Notes: a model not told the origin generated them from the letters alone. A stretch of 64,000 nucleotides of DNA from Bacteroidales bacterium (GCA_040769065.1 JAXGLU010000001.1:1479218-1543217); one strand, 5' to 3'; counted from the first letter of the stretch, positions 38,330-49,609 are shown. Numbers and translations: made by a program.

Positions 38330-40855
38330 TTAAAACTGCTGACCTATAACAAAATGAAATTGTGACTTATTTGCATTTGAATATCTTGAGGGATCGGGAA
38401 CCTCATCAAAACCATAACCCCAGTCGATACCCAGAAGACCGAACATAGGAAGATTGGCCCTGAGTCCAACGCCAGCCGCACGATTCATCCTGAAGGGATT
38501 ATAATCGCTGAGCTTATACCATGCCCTCCCGGCTTCAAGGAACGCAAGCGCATAAACAGTTGCCTGCTGATTAAGTGAGATAGGATACCTTACCTCAAAC
38601 GTCAACTTAGAATATACGTTTCCTGAAGGGACACCCCTGACCGGATGGCTGGGAGTAAGTGAGCCGTTGGTATATCCCCTTAATGATATTACTTCGCGGC
38701 CGTAAAAGCTATACCCGGTCATCCCGTCACCTCCCAGATAGAAATTTTCAAAGGGCGACGGACCAATGTCCTTGTTGTAGTACCCGAGATAACCGAAAGC
38801 AAATCTAGTGTTAAGAACCAGCTTGTCATCCCTTGTAATAGGAAAATAATAGTCTGCCTTGAAGATCCATTTATGGAATTCAATCCAGTTATATTTCACC
38901 TCATCTTCAGCGTTCAGAAGGTTTGCACCGCTAATCAGCGAATATGGAGGTGTGAGCTGAAGCGACAGTGTAAACGATGATCCGCTCCGCGGATAAATAA
39001 GGTTAGGGCTTGTTGAGAACCTGACAAGCCTTGTGGTCAGGCTGAAAAGATTCGAGGAGCCGTTCTCGAAAAGGAAACTATAGTAGGTAAAATCCTTCAA
39101 CTTATAACTCTGATAATTCAGCTCCCCATAGATGGAAAAGAAATCGTCGGGCCATTCAAGCCTTTTTCCAAGCCCTATTGTAGCCCCGTCAATAATCATT
39201 GTCTGATAAGCTTCATCTGATTTCTTCTTTCCGTTTGTCATTATAGACCTATACAAGGAGGTCGAGAATGAATTGGGTTTTTTGCCTCCCAGCCAGGGCT
39301 CTGAAAAAGAAATATTGTATGATTGATACAGTCGTCCGTTCGATTGTGCTCTTATGCTCAACGACTGTCCATCGCCCGAAGGGTACGGTCTCCACTCATT
39401 CAACTTGAAGAAATTACGCATTGCGAAATTATTGAACCTCACGCCAACCATTCCGATAAGCATGCCGGCACCCCAGCCTCCGGAAACTTCGAACTGGTCA
39501 TTGGCTCTCTCTTCAAGTTTGTAAAGAAGGTCTACAGTACCATTGGCAGGATCAGGCAGAGGGGTGGGGTTGATCTTTTCCGGATCGAAATGCCCTATAA
39601 CACCAAGCTGCCTTATTGACCTTATTATTTTATCCTTGCTGAAAAGATCCCCGGGCAAGGTATAAAGTTCACGCCGGGCAACATGTTCATTGGTCCGTGT
39701 ATTTCCCGCTATGATAATATTATTAAGGTAGGCCTGGTCACCTTCATAAATCCTGATTTCAATATCCACCGAATCTCCCTCCACCTTTGCTTCCACCGGG
39801 GTAAGCCTTGAAAACAGGTAACCATAATCCTGGTAAAGATTGCTAACCGCATCCTGGGCGCCTCCCGTTCCGTTCAGCCTGTCAGATATATTTGACTGAT
39901 TATATACAGAACCCTTTTTAATATTGAGCCTTCTTTCAAGGTCTTCCTTTTTGTAAACACTGTTGCCCACCCATTCAATGTTTCTCAGGTAATACTGGTT
40001 TCCCTCCTCCACTTTCATAATTAATATCACCCGGTTGTCCAGCACGGAGAACATTGTGTCTGAAAGAATCTTGAAATCCTTGTAACCATTATCGTTATAG
40101 AAGGTGTATAAGCTTTCCTTGTCCTCTTCATATTTGTCTACGATGTACTTTGAGGCTTTGAAGATGTTTAGATTCTTTTTCTTTGTGTTCTTCATCTTAC
40201 GGCGAAGCTGCTTGTCTTCAAAACTGTTGTTGCCTTCAAAAATGATATCGGCTATTTTTACCTTTTCATTTTTATTTACATCAACTGTGAGGATAATATT
40301 GTTTGGCTGATCCGGATCATCTTTCTGTATAAAGTCAACTGTGGTATTAAGGAATCCTTTTTCAACAAAATGGTCTGTGATAATTTTGCGGGTATTGTTC
40401 AGAAGAAATGTAGTCAGCTGCGACCCTACCGGCATATTGATCTTTTCGGTAATATCTTTCGATTCTGAATTTTTCAGCCCGTTAAATCTGATAGAGGATA
40501 TTCTTGGCCTTTCCTGGAGGGCAATGTCGAGATAAACGGTATCGGAGACAAACCTGCTAACAGTGATTCTGACATCGGAAAACAGGCCCTGCTGCCATAG
40601 CTTTTTAGCTGCTGTCGTTATCTGCTCACCCGGCACGGATACTTCCTGTCCTATTCTCAGGCCTGATAAACCTATAAGAACATTCAAATCAAGGAACCTG
40701 ACACCTGAAACGGTTATACCTCCAATAATATAATCGTCCGAAGTGGAGTAATCCACTATTTCATCCGTTTCCTGAGCGTCAACACAAAGAGTGTTCAGGA
40801 TAAGGAACAACGCCAGCACACTGCTATAAAATCCTCTGTAGGCCATTAACTTCAT
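38330..40855 (-). CDS. bamA: Outer membrane protein assembly factor BamA
   Basis: 841 aa with POTRA-like repeats, then a beta-barrel ending in FVIGQQF. Sits in uppS-bamA-skp synteny. Confidence 0.93.
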   Translation of the reverse strand: MKLMAYRGFYSSVLALFLILNTLCVDAQETDEIVDYSTSDDYIIGGITVSGVRFLDLNVLIGLSGLRIGQEVSVPGEQITTAAKKLWQQGLFSDVRITVSRFVSDTVYLDIALQERPRISSIRFNGLKNSESKDITEKINMPVGSQLTTFLLNNTRKIITDHFVEKGFLNTTVDFIQKDDPDQPNNIILTVDVNKNEKVKIADIIFEGNNSFEDKQLRRKMKNTKKKNLNIFKASKYIVDKYEEDKESLYTFYNDNGYKDFKILSDTMFSVLDNRVILIMKVEEGNQYYLRNIEWVGNSVYKKEDLERRLNIKKGSVYNQSNISDRLNGTGGAQDAVSNLYQDYGYLFSRLTPVEAKVEGDSVDIEIRIYEGDQAYLNNIIIAGNTRTNEHVARRELYTLPGDLFSKDKIIRSIRQLGVIGHFDPEKINPTPLPDPANGTVDLLYKLEERANDQFEVSGGWGAGMLIGMVGVRFNNFAMRNFFKLNEWRPYPSGDGQSLSIRAQSNGRLYQSYNISFSEPWLGGKKPNSFSTSLYRSIMTNGKKKSDEAYQTMIIDGATIGLGKRLEWPDDFFSIYGELNYQSYKLKDFTYYSFLFENGSSNLFSLTTRLVRFSTSPNLIYPRSGSSFTLSLQLTPPYSLISGANLLNAEDEVKYNWIEFHKWIFKADYYFPITRDDKLVLNTRFAFGYLGYYNKDIGPSPFENFYLGGDGMTGYSFYGREVISLRGYTNGSLTPSHPVRGVPSGNVYSKLTFEVRYPISLNQQATVYALAFLEAGRAWYKLSDYNPFRMNRAAGVGLRANLPMFGLLGIDWGYGFDEVPDPSRYSNANKSQFHFVIGQQF

Positions 40856-41601
40856 AATTTATCAGAAACCTGTTCACTGGTCTTTCCAAATCTTCTTTCC
40901 CTATTTTGAAATTCAATCAATGCTCTGTAAAAATCCTCCTTACCAAAATCGGGCCAAAGTATTTCTGTGAAATAAAGTTCTGCATAGGCCAGCTGCCACA
41001 GTAAAAAATTACTTATCCTCAGTTCACCGCTGGTACGGATCATTAATTCAGGATCAGGCACATGCGAAGTGGTCAGATATTTACTAAAAAGATCCTCATC
41101 GATTGACTCCGGACTTATCTTTTCTTCCAGGATATCCGAAGATATTTTTCTTGCAGCTTCAGTTATTTCCCATCGGGAGCTGTAACTCAATGCAACAATA
41201 AGGTTAAGCCCTGTAGCTCCTGAAGTTAGGGTTATTGTCTCAAGGAGTCTTTCCCTCACATCGTCTGAAAGCCTGTCGATATTGCCAATAACATGGAATT
41301 TTATATTGTTTTCAACCAGCGTATCGGTTTCATCGGTAAGCGACTGGACCATTATTCCCATAAGAGCAGAGATTTCTTCATCGGGCCTTGTCCAGTTTTC
41401 GGTAGAAAATGCATAAAGGGTAAGATAGTCTATCCCAAGTTCTGCTGCACATTCAATTATTCCCCTGACAGCGTTTACACCCTGGCGATGACCAAAGATC
41501 CTGTCCATGCCCCTTTGCCTGGCCCATCTCCCATTGCCATCCATGATGACTGCCACATGGGAGGGTAGTTTTTCAGCAATAATCCGATCTTTCAATGACA
41601 T
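40852..41601 (-). CDS. uppS: Isoprenyl transferase (undecaprenyl-diphosphate synthase)
   Basis: HVAVIMDGNGRWA, LTLYAFSTENW, IRTSGE.RISNFLLWQ.AYAE. Confidence 0.95.
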   Translation of the reverse strand: MSLKDRIIAEKLPSHVAVIMDGNGRWARQRGMDRIFGHRQGVNAVRGIIECAAELGIDYLTLYAFSTENWTRPDEEISALMGIMVQSLTDETDTLVENNIKFHVIGNIDRLSDDVRERLLETITLTSGATGLNLIVALSYSSRWEITEAARKISSDILEEKISPESIDEDLFSKYLTTSHVPDPELMIRTSGELRISNFLLWQLAYAELYFTEILWPDFGKEDFYRALIEFQNRERRFGKTSEQVSDKL

Positions 41602-41604
41602 TCC

Positions 41605-42333
41605 TCACCTTTTATTTCTCTTATCGTCCACATCACTGTAGGCAGGGCAACCTGCCATTCTGTTATAGATCTTCCAGGTGAATGAAATCCCTGTGAATGA
41701 ATACCAGTCGTTGTTGTGGAGCCATGGTTTCCTTGACGGATCTGTTAAATCTTCCAGGCCGTCAAAGTTATCATAAAAAGTCTTACGAAAACCATATTCA
41801 GCTTCCAAACCCAGGTTTTTATAAATTCTGAGCTTAAAACCAAGAGAAAAGGGGATAACAGCCACGGGAGTGACAGGATGACTGATCTGAATGTGCTCAT
41901 TATTATTAGGGTCCCATAAATTGGCCTCTACATCATTAAATGCAACTCCTATTCCTGCTGCAAAATATGGCGTATAATCCCATTTACCGCCCTGGGTGCT
42001 ATAAGGTAAAAAATTGAACTCGAACTGAACTGCCAGTTCCGTGACGGAACCGGAAAAGAAATCATTTCGTTCCTGTTGGAAATTATTGTTGAAATCCTGG
42101 TCATTGCCCTGAATACCGCCAAGGAAGATATTAGCTCTCAAAGCCTGACGCGGATGAAAGTTATAACGGTAGAAGAAACCTCCGGCCGGCATGGGAGAAT
42201 AAAGCAGACGGCTGGTATTTATATCGCCAATATAGGATGAAACGCCGCCAAAAATACCATAATCAGCATTACGCTGACCTGACAAATGGATTGAGAAGGA
42301 CAAACACAGAATGAGCCAAAGAAATCTTTTCAT
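41605..42333 (-). CDS. Outer-membrane beta-barrel protein (DUF6089-like)
   Basis: Signal peptide and alternating beta-strand pattern. Conserved position between nadK and uppS in Bacteroidota. Confidence 0.65.
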   Translation of the reverse strand: MKRFLWLILCLSFSIHLSGQRNADYGIFGGVSSYIGDINTSRLLYSPMPAGGFFYRYNFHPRQALRANIFLGGIQGNDQDFNNNFQQERNDFFSGSVTELAVQFEFNFLPYSTQGGKWDYTPYFAAGIGVAFNDVEANLWDPNNNEHIQISHPVTPVAVIPFSLGFKLRIYKNLGLEAEYGFRKTFYDNFDGLEDLTDPSRKPWLHNNDWYSFTGISFTWKIYNRMAGCPAYSDVDDKRNKR

Positions 42334-42354
42334 TAATCCTGTTCCTGGGCATTA

Positions 42355-43098
42355 TCATCTGAATCTTGGCAAGCCTTTTGCACTTGACTTTAACTTGTAT
42401 GTAAAAGTGAAGTTCAAAAAGTAGTAAACGTCATTTGCTTTTGAATATTGCTCAGAATGATAACCGTCGATATAATCTGAGAAAGTATATCTTCCGCCAA
42501 GTTCGACTCCAAAATTAACGTTTGGTGAATAAATAAGTGTCGCCCCGGCTCCTGCGGGAATGACTGCAGTAATACCCTCGGTTGCCTGGTCTCTTCCTGC
42601 AAGAAGGTTATTGCCGTTAACACTGTAAGCAGCGCCCCCGACCCCGGTAAAAACATAGAAGTCGAGCGACCTGAGCAATGCCCAAATGCTCTTTCCCTTT
42701 AGAAACAAATAGCTGCTTTCGTACCTGTTCTTGATAAAATAGTATTCCCCAATCAGGGCAGGTTCAAACAGATGAGTCGTAGCTTCAAACTGACGGCTTT
42801 CATTTGAGCCTCTTTCATCAGTAGCATGAAGCATAGCATATGTGAGGCCAAGCCGCAGGTTTGCCGTCCTTGAAAGACGGTATCGAATGTTTCCGCCTAC
42901 ATTGAACCTTGTCTGATGATAACTGATGTCCCTTAATCCCAGAAAGTTTTCCCCGATGGTATACCCCCCGATGTCGGAAAAGAAGAAAGAAGGCCCTACC
43001 CCGAATGTTGCTTCCCATCTTTTAAGTTTCCACAACTGGGCATCAGAAATATGAACTGTGGTACAAATTATCAAAATCAAGAACAAGACCCTTTTCAT
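42355..43098 (-). CDS. Outer-membrane beta-barrel protein (paralogue-like neighbour)
   Basis: Signal peptide, alternating beta-strand pattern, and an aromatic residue near the C-terminus. Confidence 0.6.
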   Translation of the reverse strand: MKRVLFLILIICTTVHISDAQLWKLKRWEATFGVGPSFFFSDIGGYTIGENFLGLRDISYHQTRFNVGGNIRYRLSRTANLRLGLTYAMLHATDERGSNESRQFEATTHLFEPALIGEYYFIKNRYESSYLFLKGKSIWALLRSLDFYVFTGVGGAAYSVNGNNLLAGRDQATEGITAVIPAGAGATLIYSPNVNFGVELGGRYTFSDYIDGYHSEQYSKANDVYYFLNFTFTYKLKSSAKGLPRFR

Positions 43099-43243
43099 GA
43101 TGTTAGCATTAAGGTTAACATTACAAATATAATAGTCTAATATTTAGTGAAAAATCAATATTATCCAAAAATAGGCAATAATATTAACAAATACTGCAAC
43201 TTTGCCTGTAATTTAACTTTTAACTACTTACGTCTAAGTTTAT

Positions 43244-44122
43244 TTAGTTCCTCTTGTCGGCACCCCACATTAGCTTATTTCTGAGAGTGCTGTAAAAATC
43301 AGTTCCTTTCAGCATAACTGTTTTCAGCTTCTTTTCCGACCTCACTATATGCATCTCTTCAGAAAATGGCAATCTCCTCGAACGGAAGTCACACGTGCCA
43401 AGAAATTCAGAACCTCTGCCTTCTATAGTCATCCTCAGCATTGTTGCACCGCTAACTATTATAGGCCTGATAGTGAGATTATGGGGAGAGATGGGAGAAA
43501 TAATTACACTCTCATCTTCCGGAGAAAGAATTGGCCCGCCAACGCTTAGATTGTAAGCAGTTGAACCGGTTGCAGTCGATATGATCACCCCGTCAGCCCA
43601 GTAAGTATTCAGATAATTCTCACCTTCATAAACATTGATGGTAATCATCCGCGGGTCAGCCTTCTGAATGGTTATTTCGTTCAACGCAACAGAAGGCTCA
43701 TTTGTAAAAAAATCTTTGGGACGTGTTATTTCCAGAAGTGATCTGTCAATTATTTCATATTCTTCAGCACAAAGCTGGTCAACCGAATGGCTGATCTCTT
43801 CGGCGGGAATATTGGCAAGAAAACCCATCCTTCCTGTATTTACACCAGCAACCGGTATGCCTAAATCATGCACCCTTAACATCGTGTCGAGAAATGTCCC
43901 GTCTCCTCCAACGCTAAGTATAAGGTCAGGCAGGGCTTGTATTTCACGAAGATCGCTGAAGTATTCAATCATCCCGTCCCCTTTGCAGTAGTCTCTGTCG
44001 TATGAACCCAGAAAAACCAACATCGTGACACCCCGCCGGCAAAACTCACTGATTAACCGGGAAACACCTTCGGTAGTTTTCATATTGCCTTCCTTGCTGA
44101 AAATTGCAACTTTCCGGATCAT
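43244..44122 (-). CDS. nadK: NAD+ kinase
   Basis: GGDGTFL motif and STATGSTAYNLS. Confidence 0.92.
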   Translation of the reverse strand: MIRKVAIFSKEGNMKTTEGVSRLISEFCRRGVTMLVFLGSYDRDYCKGDGMIEYFSDLREIQALPDLILSVGGDGTFLDTMLRVHDLGIPVAGVNTGRMGFLANIPAEEISHSVDQLCAEEYEIIDRSLLEITRPKDFFTNEPSVALNEITIQKADPRMITINVYEGENYLNTYWADGVIISTATGSTAYNLSVGGPILSPEDESVIISPISPHNLTIRPIIVSGATMLRMTIEGRGSEFLGTCDFRSRRLPFSEEMHIVRSEKKLKTVMLKGTDFYSTLRNKLMWGADKRN

Positions 44123-44129
44123 TATATAT

Positions 44130-44795
44130 TCAGATATTCAAGTATTTCATCAAAAGGTCGAACCGTTCGGAATAAAAATGGTCCATTGAATCATCAGTAG
44201 TAACCCAGGTTTTTACTTCATAATTATATCTTTCAAATGTCCTGATCACAGATGTAAGGTCATAGGTGTTTACCTTAATGGTGACCTCAAGCCTTGTCGA
44301 TTCGGGAGGAGACGTTATGTACATGCTTAGAATCCTCATATTGTTGCTTTCAACAATCTGGGCTATCTGCGAAAGGGAATAATCCCTGTCAACAACTTCA
44401 ATTACAATGATGCCACCAGGCTGGTCCATTGAAGAGATCCCCGCGATATATCTTATCAGGTCGTTGGTTGTTATTACTCCTTTATAATGATTCTTCTTGT
44501 CAAGAACAGGAACCACCGTCAGTTTCAGCCGGGAAGCAAGACCTATCACTTCAAAGAGGTGCTGATCAACCGTAACAAATGGTTTTATCAGAGTAAGGGA
44601 ATGATTGCCAATTGGCTCCTCGGGTTGATTCATATCAAAGATATTGGTATCGGAAATCAGCCCGAGAAAATCATGATTATTTACGATAGGCAGATGCGAT
44701 ATCCTGAATATCTCCATCCAGTTCAGCGCTGTCTGCCCTGAATCTGATGTCCTCAATGGAGGAATTATTTCAGATATCAAATCCTTTGCTACCAC
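44130..44795 (-). CDS. CBS domain-containing protein
   Basis: Two CBS-like repeats (HLPIVNNHDFLGLIS, VVPVLDKKNHYKGVIT) plus a C-terminal ACT-like segment. Confidence 0.8.
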   Translation of the reverse strand: MVAKDLISEIIPPLRTSDSGQTALNWMEIFRISHLPIVNNHDFLGLISDTNIFDMNQPEEPIGNHSLTLIKPFVTVDQHLFEVIGLASRLKLTVVPVLDKKNHYKGVITTNDLIRYIAGISSMDQPGGIIVIEVVDRDYSLSQIAQIVESNNMRILSMYITSPPESTRLEVTIKVNTYDLTSVIRTFERYNYEVKTWVTTDDSMDHFYSERFDLLMKYLNI

Positions 44796-44889
44796 TTCTC
44801 ATTAATTTTTATCTAAATTAACAAAAAAAAAGCCAGTTGTTATAAATTTGCAACAAATAACAATACGGAGAAATAACCCGATTATTATA

Positions 44890-45603
44890 ATGACCAAATT
44901 AAGTGTTAATATTAACAAGATCGCGACCATCAGGAATGCAAGGGGAGGAAATATTCCCAATGTGGTCACTGCTGCTATTAATTGTGAGAGCTTTGGAGCT
45001 GACGGCATAACCGTTCATCCCCGCCCCGACGAACGACATATCAGGTACAAGGATGTGCTTGAACTTAAGCCTGTAATAAAGACCGAATTCAATATTGAAG
45101 GCTACCCTTCAGAACCTTTTATAAATCTTGTGCTATCTGTCAAGCCACACCAGGTTACTCTCGTGCCTGATGCACATGACGCAATAACATCAAATGCAGG
45201 CTGGGATATTCCGAAGTACAAAATGTTCCTTCGGGATGTAATAACAGAATTCAGAAAAGCCGGTATAAGAACCTCAATATTTGTCGACACAAACCCCGCC
45301 AATATTGAGAATGCCGTTTTGACAGGTACCGACAGGATAGAACTGTATACCGAACCATATGCCTCAGCATTCACCAGGGATGCATATCAGGCTGTCAAAC
45401 CCTTTGTTGCTGCTGCTGAAATTGCAAAAAAAATAGGTCTGGGTATTAATGCCGGGCACGATCTCAATCTTGACAACCTGAGATATCTTCGCCAGAATAT
45501 CCCCTGGCTGGATGAAGTATCAATCGGCCATGCCCTGATATCTGACGCGCTTTATCTTGGGCTGGAGAATACCATTCAGATGTACAAAAGACAGCTGGCC
45601 TGA
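44890..45603 (+). CDS. pdxJ: Pyridoxine 5'-phosphate synthase
   Basis: [34 protein letters not shown]. Start moved to ATG 44890. Confidence 0.93.
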   Translation: MTKLSVNINKIATIRNARGGNIPNVVTAAINCESFGADGITVHPRPDERHIRYKDVLELKPVIKTEFNIEGYPSEPFINLVLSVKPHQVTLVPDAHDAITSNAGWDIPKYKMFLRDVITEFRKAGIRTSIFVDTNPANIENAVLTGTDRIELYTEPYASAFTRDAYQAVKPFVAAAEIAKKIGLGINAGHDLNLDNLRYLRQNIPWLDEVSIGHALISDALYLGLENTIQMYKRQLA

Positions 45604-45614
45604 AATATCAGTAA

Positions 45615-46421
45615 ATGAAGTTATTCTACAGAAAATCAGGCATCGGCCCATACCTGATTATATTACATGGATTATACGGTTCTTCTGACAACTGGATTAC
45701 AATTTCCAGAAAATTAAGCGACATCTATACCGTAATCCTGCCTGACCAGAGAAATCACGGGCTTTCCCCTCATAGTGATGTTCATAACTATAGCGCACTA
45801 TCTGAAGATATTTTCGAACTGACCGAAGAACTGAAAATTGAAAAATTTGTCCTTGCCGGGCACAGCATGGGAGGTAAAACCGCCATGAATTTTGCATTAA
45901 GATGGCCGGAGAAACTTGACGGCCTGCTTGTTGCAGATATCTCTCCCCTGGCTGCCGGGAAAAATGCAGAAACAGAATACAGGCAGCATTCTCAAATCCT
46001 TAATGCCATCATTGCTGCAGACCTGAGCACTGCTTCACGGCGTGAGGAGGTTGAATCAATGATTTCAGCAAGCATTAAATCCAGCAAGATAAGGGAACTC
46101 ATCATGAAGAATCTCCAAAGAAATCCCGACAGATCATTCAGATGGAAGCTGAATGCCCAGGCTCTTCTCAGTAACCTTGATTCTATAATGGGAGATATTG
46201 ACCCGGAACATATATATGGCAGAAGCGTGACAGGATTCCCGGTTATTTTCCTTAAAGGCGGACTGTCAGGTTACATCTCAGCGGAGAGCATTGAAGAAAT
46301 AAGGAGAATATTCCCGGCAGCTGATTTCCGTGAAATATCCGGTGCAGGACACTGGATACAAACTGACAGGCCGGATGATGTAATAAACAATCTGAGGTCA
46401 TTCATCAGCCCTGCCTGTTAA
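45615..46421 (+). CDS. Alpha/beta hydrolase (YbfF-like esterase)
   Basis: HGLYGS, nucleophile elbow GHSMGG, C-terminal GAGHW. Confidence 0.85.
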   Translation: MKLFYRKSGIGPYLIILHGLYGSSDNWITISRKLSDIYTVILPDQRNHGLSPHSDVHNYSALSEDIFELTEELKIEKFVLAGHSMGGKTAMNFALRWPEKLDGLLVADISPLAAGKNAETEYRQHSQILNAIIAADLSTASRREEVESMISASIKSSKIRELIMKNLQRNPDRSFRWKLNAQALLSNLDSIMGDIDPEHIYGRSVTGFPVIFLKGGLSGYISAESIEEIRRIFPAADFREISGAGHWIQTDRPDDVINNLRSFISPAC

Positions 46422-46550
46422 ACATGAGCCCCGATAAGGTCCATTCCCGAAAACGCTGTTCTTCACAATACAATATAAAAGAACTTTACTGACCTGCATC
46501 AACGGAATGACTTCTACTTGCCGGCTGAGTAATCTCTAACTAATGGCAGC

Positions 46551-47159
46551 CTAATGCAAATGCTTCTCAATTATGGAAATAAGCACCTCAATCCCTACCT
46601 GATTCTCACCACCTCCGGGAATTATTATGTCAGCATACCTCTTTGATGGTTCAATGAACTGTAAATGTGATGGTTTTACCGTATCATGATATCTTTCAAG
46701 CACATTCATAACCGAACGCCCCCTCTCCACAATATCCCTTAGAATAACCCGCCCAAGCCTGTCATCCGGATCAGCATCGACAAATACCTTAATATCAAAA
46801 AGCTTTCTAAGTTCAACATCCGAAAGTATTAGAATCCCCTCAACCAGCAAAACCCTGGCCGGTTTCACAGGTATTGTCTCCTGCGATCTTATGCAGGTGA
46901 GATAAGAATAAACCGGCATTTCAATACTTCTGCCCTGACTAAGTTCCTTAAGATGCTCTATCAGCAGTGTGAATTCGACAGAATCAGGATGATCAAAATT
47001 GATCTTTTGCCTTTCTTCAAGCGGTATATGACTGTTATCCCTGTAATAAGCATCCTGAGGTATGACCGCTACCTCTTCATTGGGAAACCTCTCCATCACC
47101 TTCCTTACCACAGTTGTTTTTCCTGAACCTGTTCCTCCGGCTATTCCCACTATCAGCAT
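46551..47159 (-). CDS. udk: Uridine kinase
   Basis: P-loop IAGGTGSGKTT and typical length if started at MLIVGIAGG (ATG 47159). The longer track ORF overlaps manA. Confidence 0.9.
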   Translation of the reverse strand: MLIVGIAGGTGSGKTTVVRKVMERFPNEEVAVIPQDAYYRDNSHIPLEERQKINFDHPDSVEFTLLIEHLKELSQGRSIEMPVYSYLTCIRSQETIPVKPARVLLVEGILILSDVELRKLFDIKVFVDADPDDRLGRVILRDIVERGRSVMNVLERYHDTVKPSHLQFIEPSKRYADIIIPGGGENQVGIEVLISIIEKHLH

Positions 47160-47214
47160 ATTTTCATATTTTTGTATAGTACATGTTCCCAAAATTAATA
47201 AATAGTCCATATCA

Positions 47215-48210
47215 ATGTCTGAATTATATCCTTTAAAGTTCAAACCTGTTGTCAAGGAGAAAATATGGGGCGGTCATTCTCTTGCTGATATATACGGGAA
47301 AAACGATGACGGCCTGAAAAACATAGGAGAAAGCTGGGAAATTTCCGCCGTTTCGGACAACCTTTCGGTTGTTAGCAATGGCTTCCTTGCAGGCAACAAC
47401 ATAGAGGAAATCATTGAGGTTTATATGGGCGATATCACCGGTGATTCAGTTTACGAGAAGTTTGGCAATGAATTTCCCCTCCTGATAAAGTTCATAGAAT
47501 CGAAAGATGTACTGTCAATTCAGGTTCACCCCGGAGATGACCTTTCCAGAAAACGCCATCACGCCTATGGAAAAACTGAAATGTGGTATATTCTCAAAAG
47601 TGAGAGCAATTCAAAAATATATACCGGCTTTGCTGAACCGGTTACCCGTGAAAAATACCTGGAAGCGTTAAACAATGGCACCCTTCCTGATCTTCTCAAT
47701 GTTGAGAAGGCTGCCGCCGGTGATGCATTCTTTACTCCGGCCGGAAGAATACATGCAATTGGCGCGGGGCTGGTACTGGTGGAAATTCAACAAACTTCAG
47801 ATATAACATACAGGATTTATGACTGGGGAAGAGTGGGCCTCGACGGAAACCCAAGAGAACTGCACACAGATCTTGCTCTCGATGCAATAGATTTCAAGGC
47901 AGCCGGTCCCAATAAAATAAGGTTGGAACCTGAAGATAATGAAACACTGAACCTGGTAAGATGTGCTTACTTCAATACGAACATTTTGAAGTTTAATGAA
48001 ATAATTGAAAAAGACTATAACCTGACAGACTCATTTGTTATCTATATTTGTACGGAAGGAAGGTTCGTGATAAACTGGAATAACAGCTCTGAAATGGTTA
48101 CAAAAGGAGAAACAGTCCTTATTCCGGCTTCAATAAGAGAAATAACGCTTAAACCTGAAAAGGAAACAACACTTCTTGAGATATACATTGACCAGAATCA
48201 AATAAAATAG
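47215..48210 (+). CDS. manA: Type I phosphomannose isomerase (cupin)
   Basis: LYPLKFKPVVKEKIWGG, LSIQVHP, KTEMWYIL, IHAIG. Confidence 0.88.
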   Translation: MSELYPLKFKPVVKEKIWGGHSLADIYGKNDDGLKNIGESWEISAVSDNLSVVSNGFLAGNNIEEIIEVYMGDITGDSVYEKFGNEFPLLIKFIESKDVLSIQVHPGDDLSRKRHHAYGKTEMWYILKSESNSKIYTGFAEPVTREKYLEALNNGTLPDLLNVEKAAAGDAFFTPAGRIHAIGAGLVLVEIQQTSDITYRIYDWGRVGLDGNPRELHTDLALDAIDFKAAGPNKIRLEPEDNETLNLVRCAYFNTNILKFNEIIEKDYNLTDSFVIYICTEGRFVINWNNSSEMVTKGETVLIPASIREITLKPEKETTLLEIYIDQNQIK

Positions 48211-48216
48211 AATGTC

Positions 48217-48987
48217 ATGAAATTATTAAGGAACTCCGCGATCCTTTTCCTTGCAATACTGATACTGACCGGGTGCAATGGCAAAAGCCCGGGAAAAAAC
48301 AAAGCTTCCAAAGTCGAAGATACTATCCAGGTGCCGGACACTGGCTACACGGGAATAAAGCAGTATTTCAGCGGCAACCGCATGGTAAAAGAAGTAAGCT
48401 TCAAGAATGGTATACGGCAGGGTGAAACCCGAACATTCTACAAAGGGGGACAGCTATACCAGACTTTCTGGTACGAGAACGGGCTAAGGGAAGATTCGGC
48501 AAGATGGTATTACACCAGCGGGCAATTGTTCAGGTCAACACCGTATAATAAGGATACTATAAACGGAATCCAGCAGCAATACTATAAAAACGGGCGCCTG
48601 AAAGCCAGGATCGGGTATGTTAAAGGCTTAAGAACACCTTTTCTCGAAGAATACACACACGACGGCAAGAAAATATCTGACTATCCTGAAATACTAGTCA
48701 GTATTGATGACCATTACAAGTCAGCGGGAAAGATAAAAATTACCCTTGAACTGAGCAATAAATCACAAAGAGTTGTATTTTACCGGGGTGAATTCGAAAA
48801 TGGTGTATTTGACACTTCAAAATATGCAATAATAAAAAGCTTTGATGGGAAAGGAACCCTGGAAATGAAAAAGACAGGCTCAGCTCAGTCAGACAAGCTG
48901 GAGCTTATTGCGGAAACTATCACCGATTTCGGCAATAAATATCTTACACACAAAGAAATTAGACTTCCGTACGCCGACCTCAGATAA
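48217..48987 (+). CDS. MORN-repeat-variant (YwqK-like) lipoprotein
   Basis: Lipobox LTGC. Repeated Y..G....E..F.NG...G units. Confidence 0.7.
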   Translation: MKLLRNSAILFLAILILTGCNGKSPGKNKASKVEDTIQVPDTGYTGIKQYFSGNRMVKEVSFKNGIRQGETRTFYKGGQLYQTFWYENGLREDSARWYYTSGQLFRSTPYNKDTINGIQQQYYKNGRLKARIGYVKGLRTPFLEEYTHDGKKISDYPEILVSIDDHYKSAGKIKITLELSNKSQRVVFYRGEFENGVFDTSKYAIIKSFDGKGTLEMKKTGSAQSDKLELIAETITDFGNKYLTHKEIRLPYADLR

Positions 48988-49000
48988 GCACCTTAAAATC

Positions 49001-49609
49001 ATGATAATCCGTACGGCTTCATTTATAAAAAGCAGTACTTCCCTTGCACAGTGTCCGGGTGGCGGGAAGCCGGAATTTGGATTCATGGGCCGTTCAAACG
49101 TAGGTAAGTCATCCCTTATAAACGTTCTGACCGGACGGAAGATGCTTGCCAAAACATCGGGAAACCCGGGAAAAACAAAGACCATTAACCATTTTCTAAT
49201 CAATGAAAGCTGGTATCTTGTAGACCTTCCGGGTTACGGTTATGCCAAAACCCCTGTAAAGCTGCGTAACGAATGGCTTGCTGCCATGAATGACTATATC
49301 CTGAAAAGAGAAAACCTTGTGTGCATTTTTGTTCTTCTGGATTCAAGGCTCAAACCTCAGAAGTCAGATCTCACCTTTATGAAATTCCTTGGAGTTAACC
49401 AGATTCCGTTTGTCAGAATCTTTACCAAGAGTGATAAGGTAGCTGAGCATACACTGAAAAAATCTCTGGGTGAATACGATGCAGTGATGCTGAAGGAATG
49501 GGAATCTCTCCCCCGGACATTCATTACATCGGCAGTAAGCCAACGAGGAAAGGATGAAATCCTTGACTTCATTGAAGATTGTATCAACAATTTATCAACC
49601 CGGGTCTGA
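49001..49609 (+). CDS. engB: Ribosome-biogenesis GTPase YihA/EngB
   Basis: G1 GRSNVGKSS, DLPGYGYA, TKSDK. Start moved to ATG 49001. Confidence 0.92.
   Translation: MIIRTASFIKSSTSLAQCPGGGKPEFGFMGRSNVGKSSLINVLTGRKMLAKTSGNPGKTKTINHFLINESWYLVDLPGYGYAKTPVKLRNEWLAAMNDYILKRENLVCIFVLLDSRLKPQKSDLTFMKFLGVNQIPFVRIFTKSDKVAEHTLKKSLGEYDAVMLKEWESLPRTFITSAVSQRGKDEILDFIEDCINNLSTRV

Noticed and set aside
47160-47255. N-terminal extension of the udk ORF, with similar extensions at 48908-49000 for engB, 44848-44889 for pdxJ and 54620-54679 for the VOC gene
   Set aside because: The extensions overlap neighbouring genes. In each case the conserved N-termini begin at internal Met codons.
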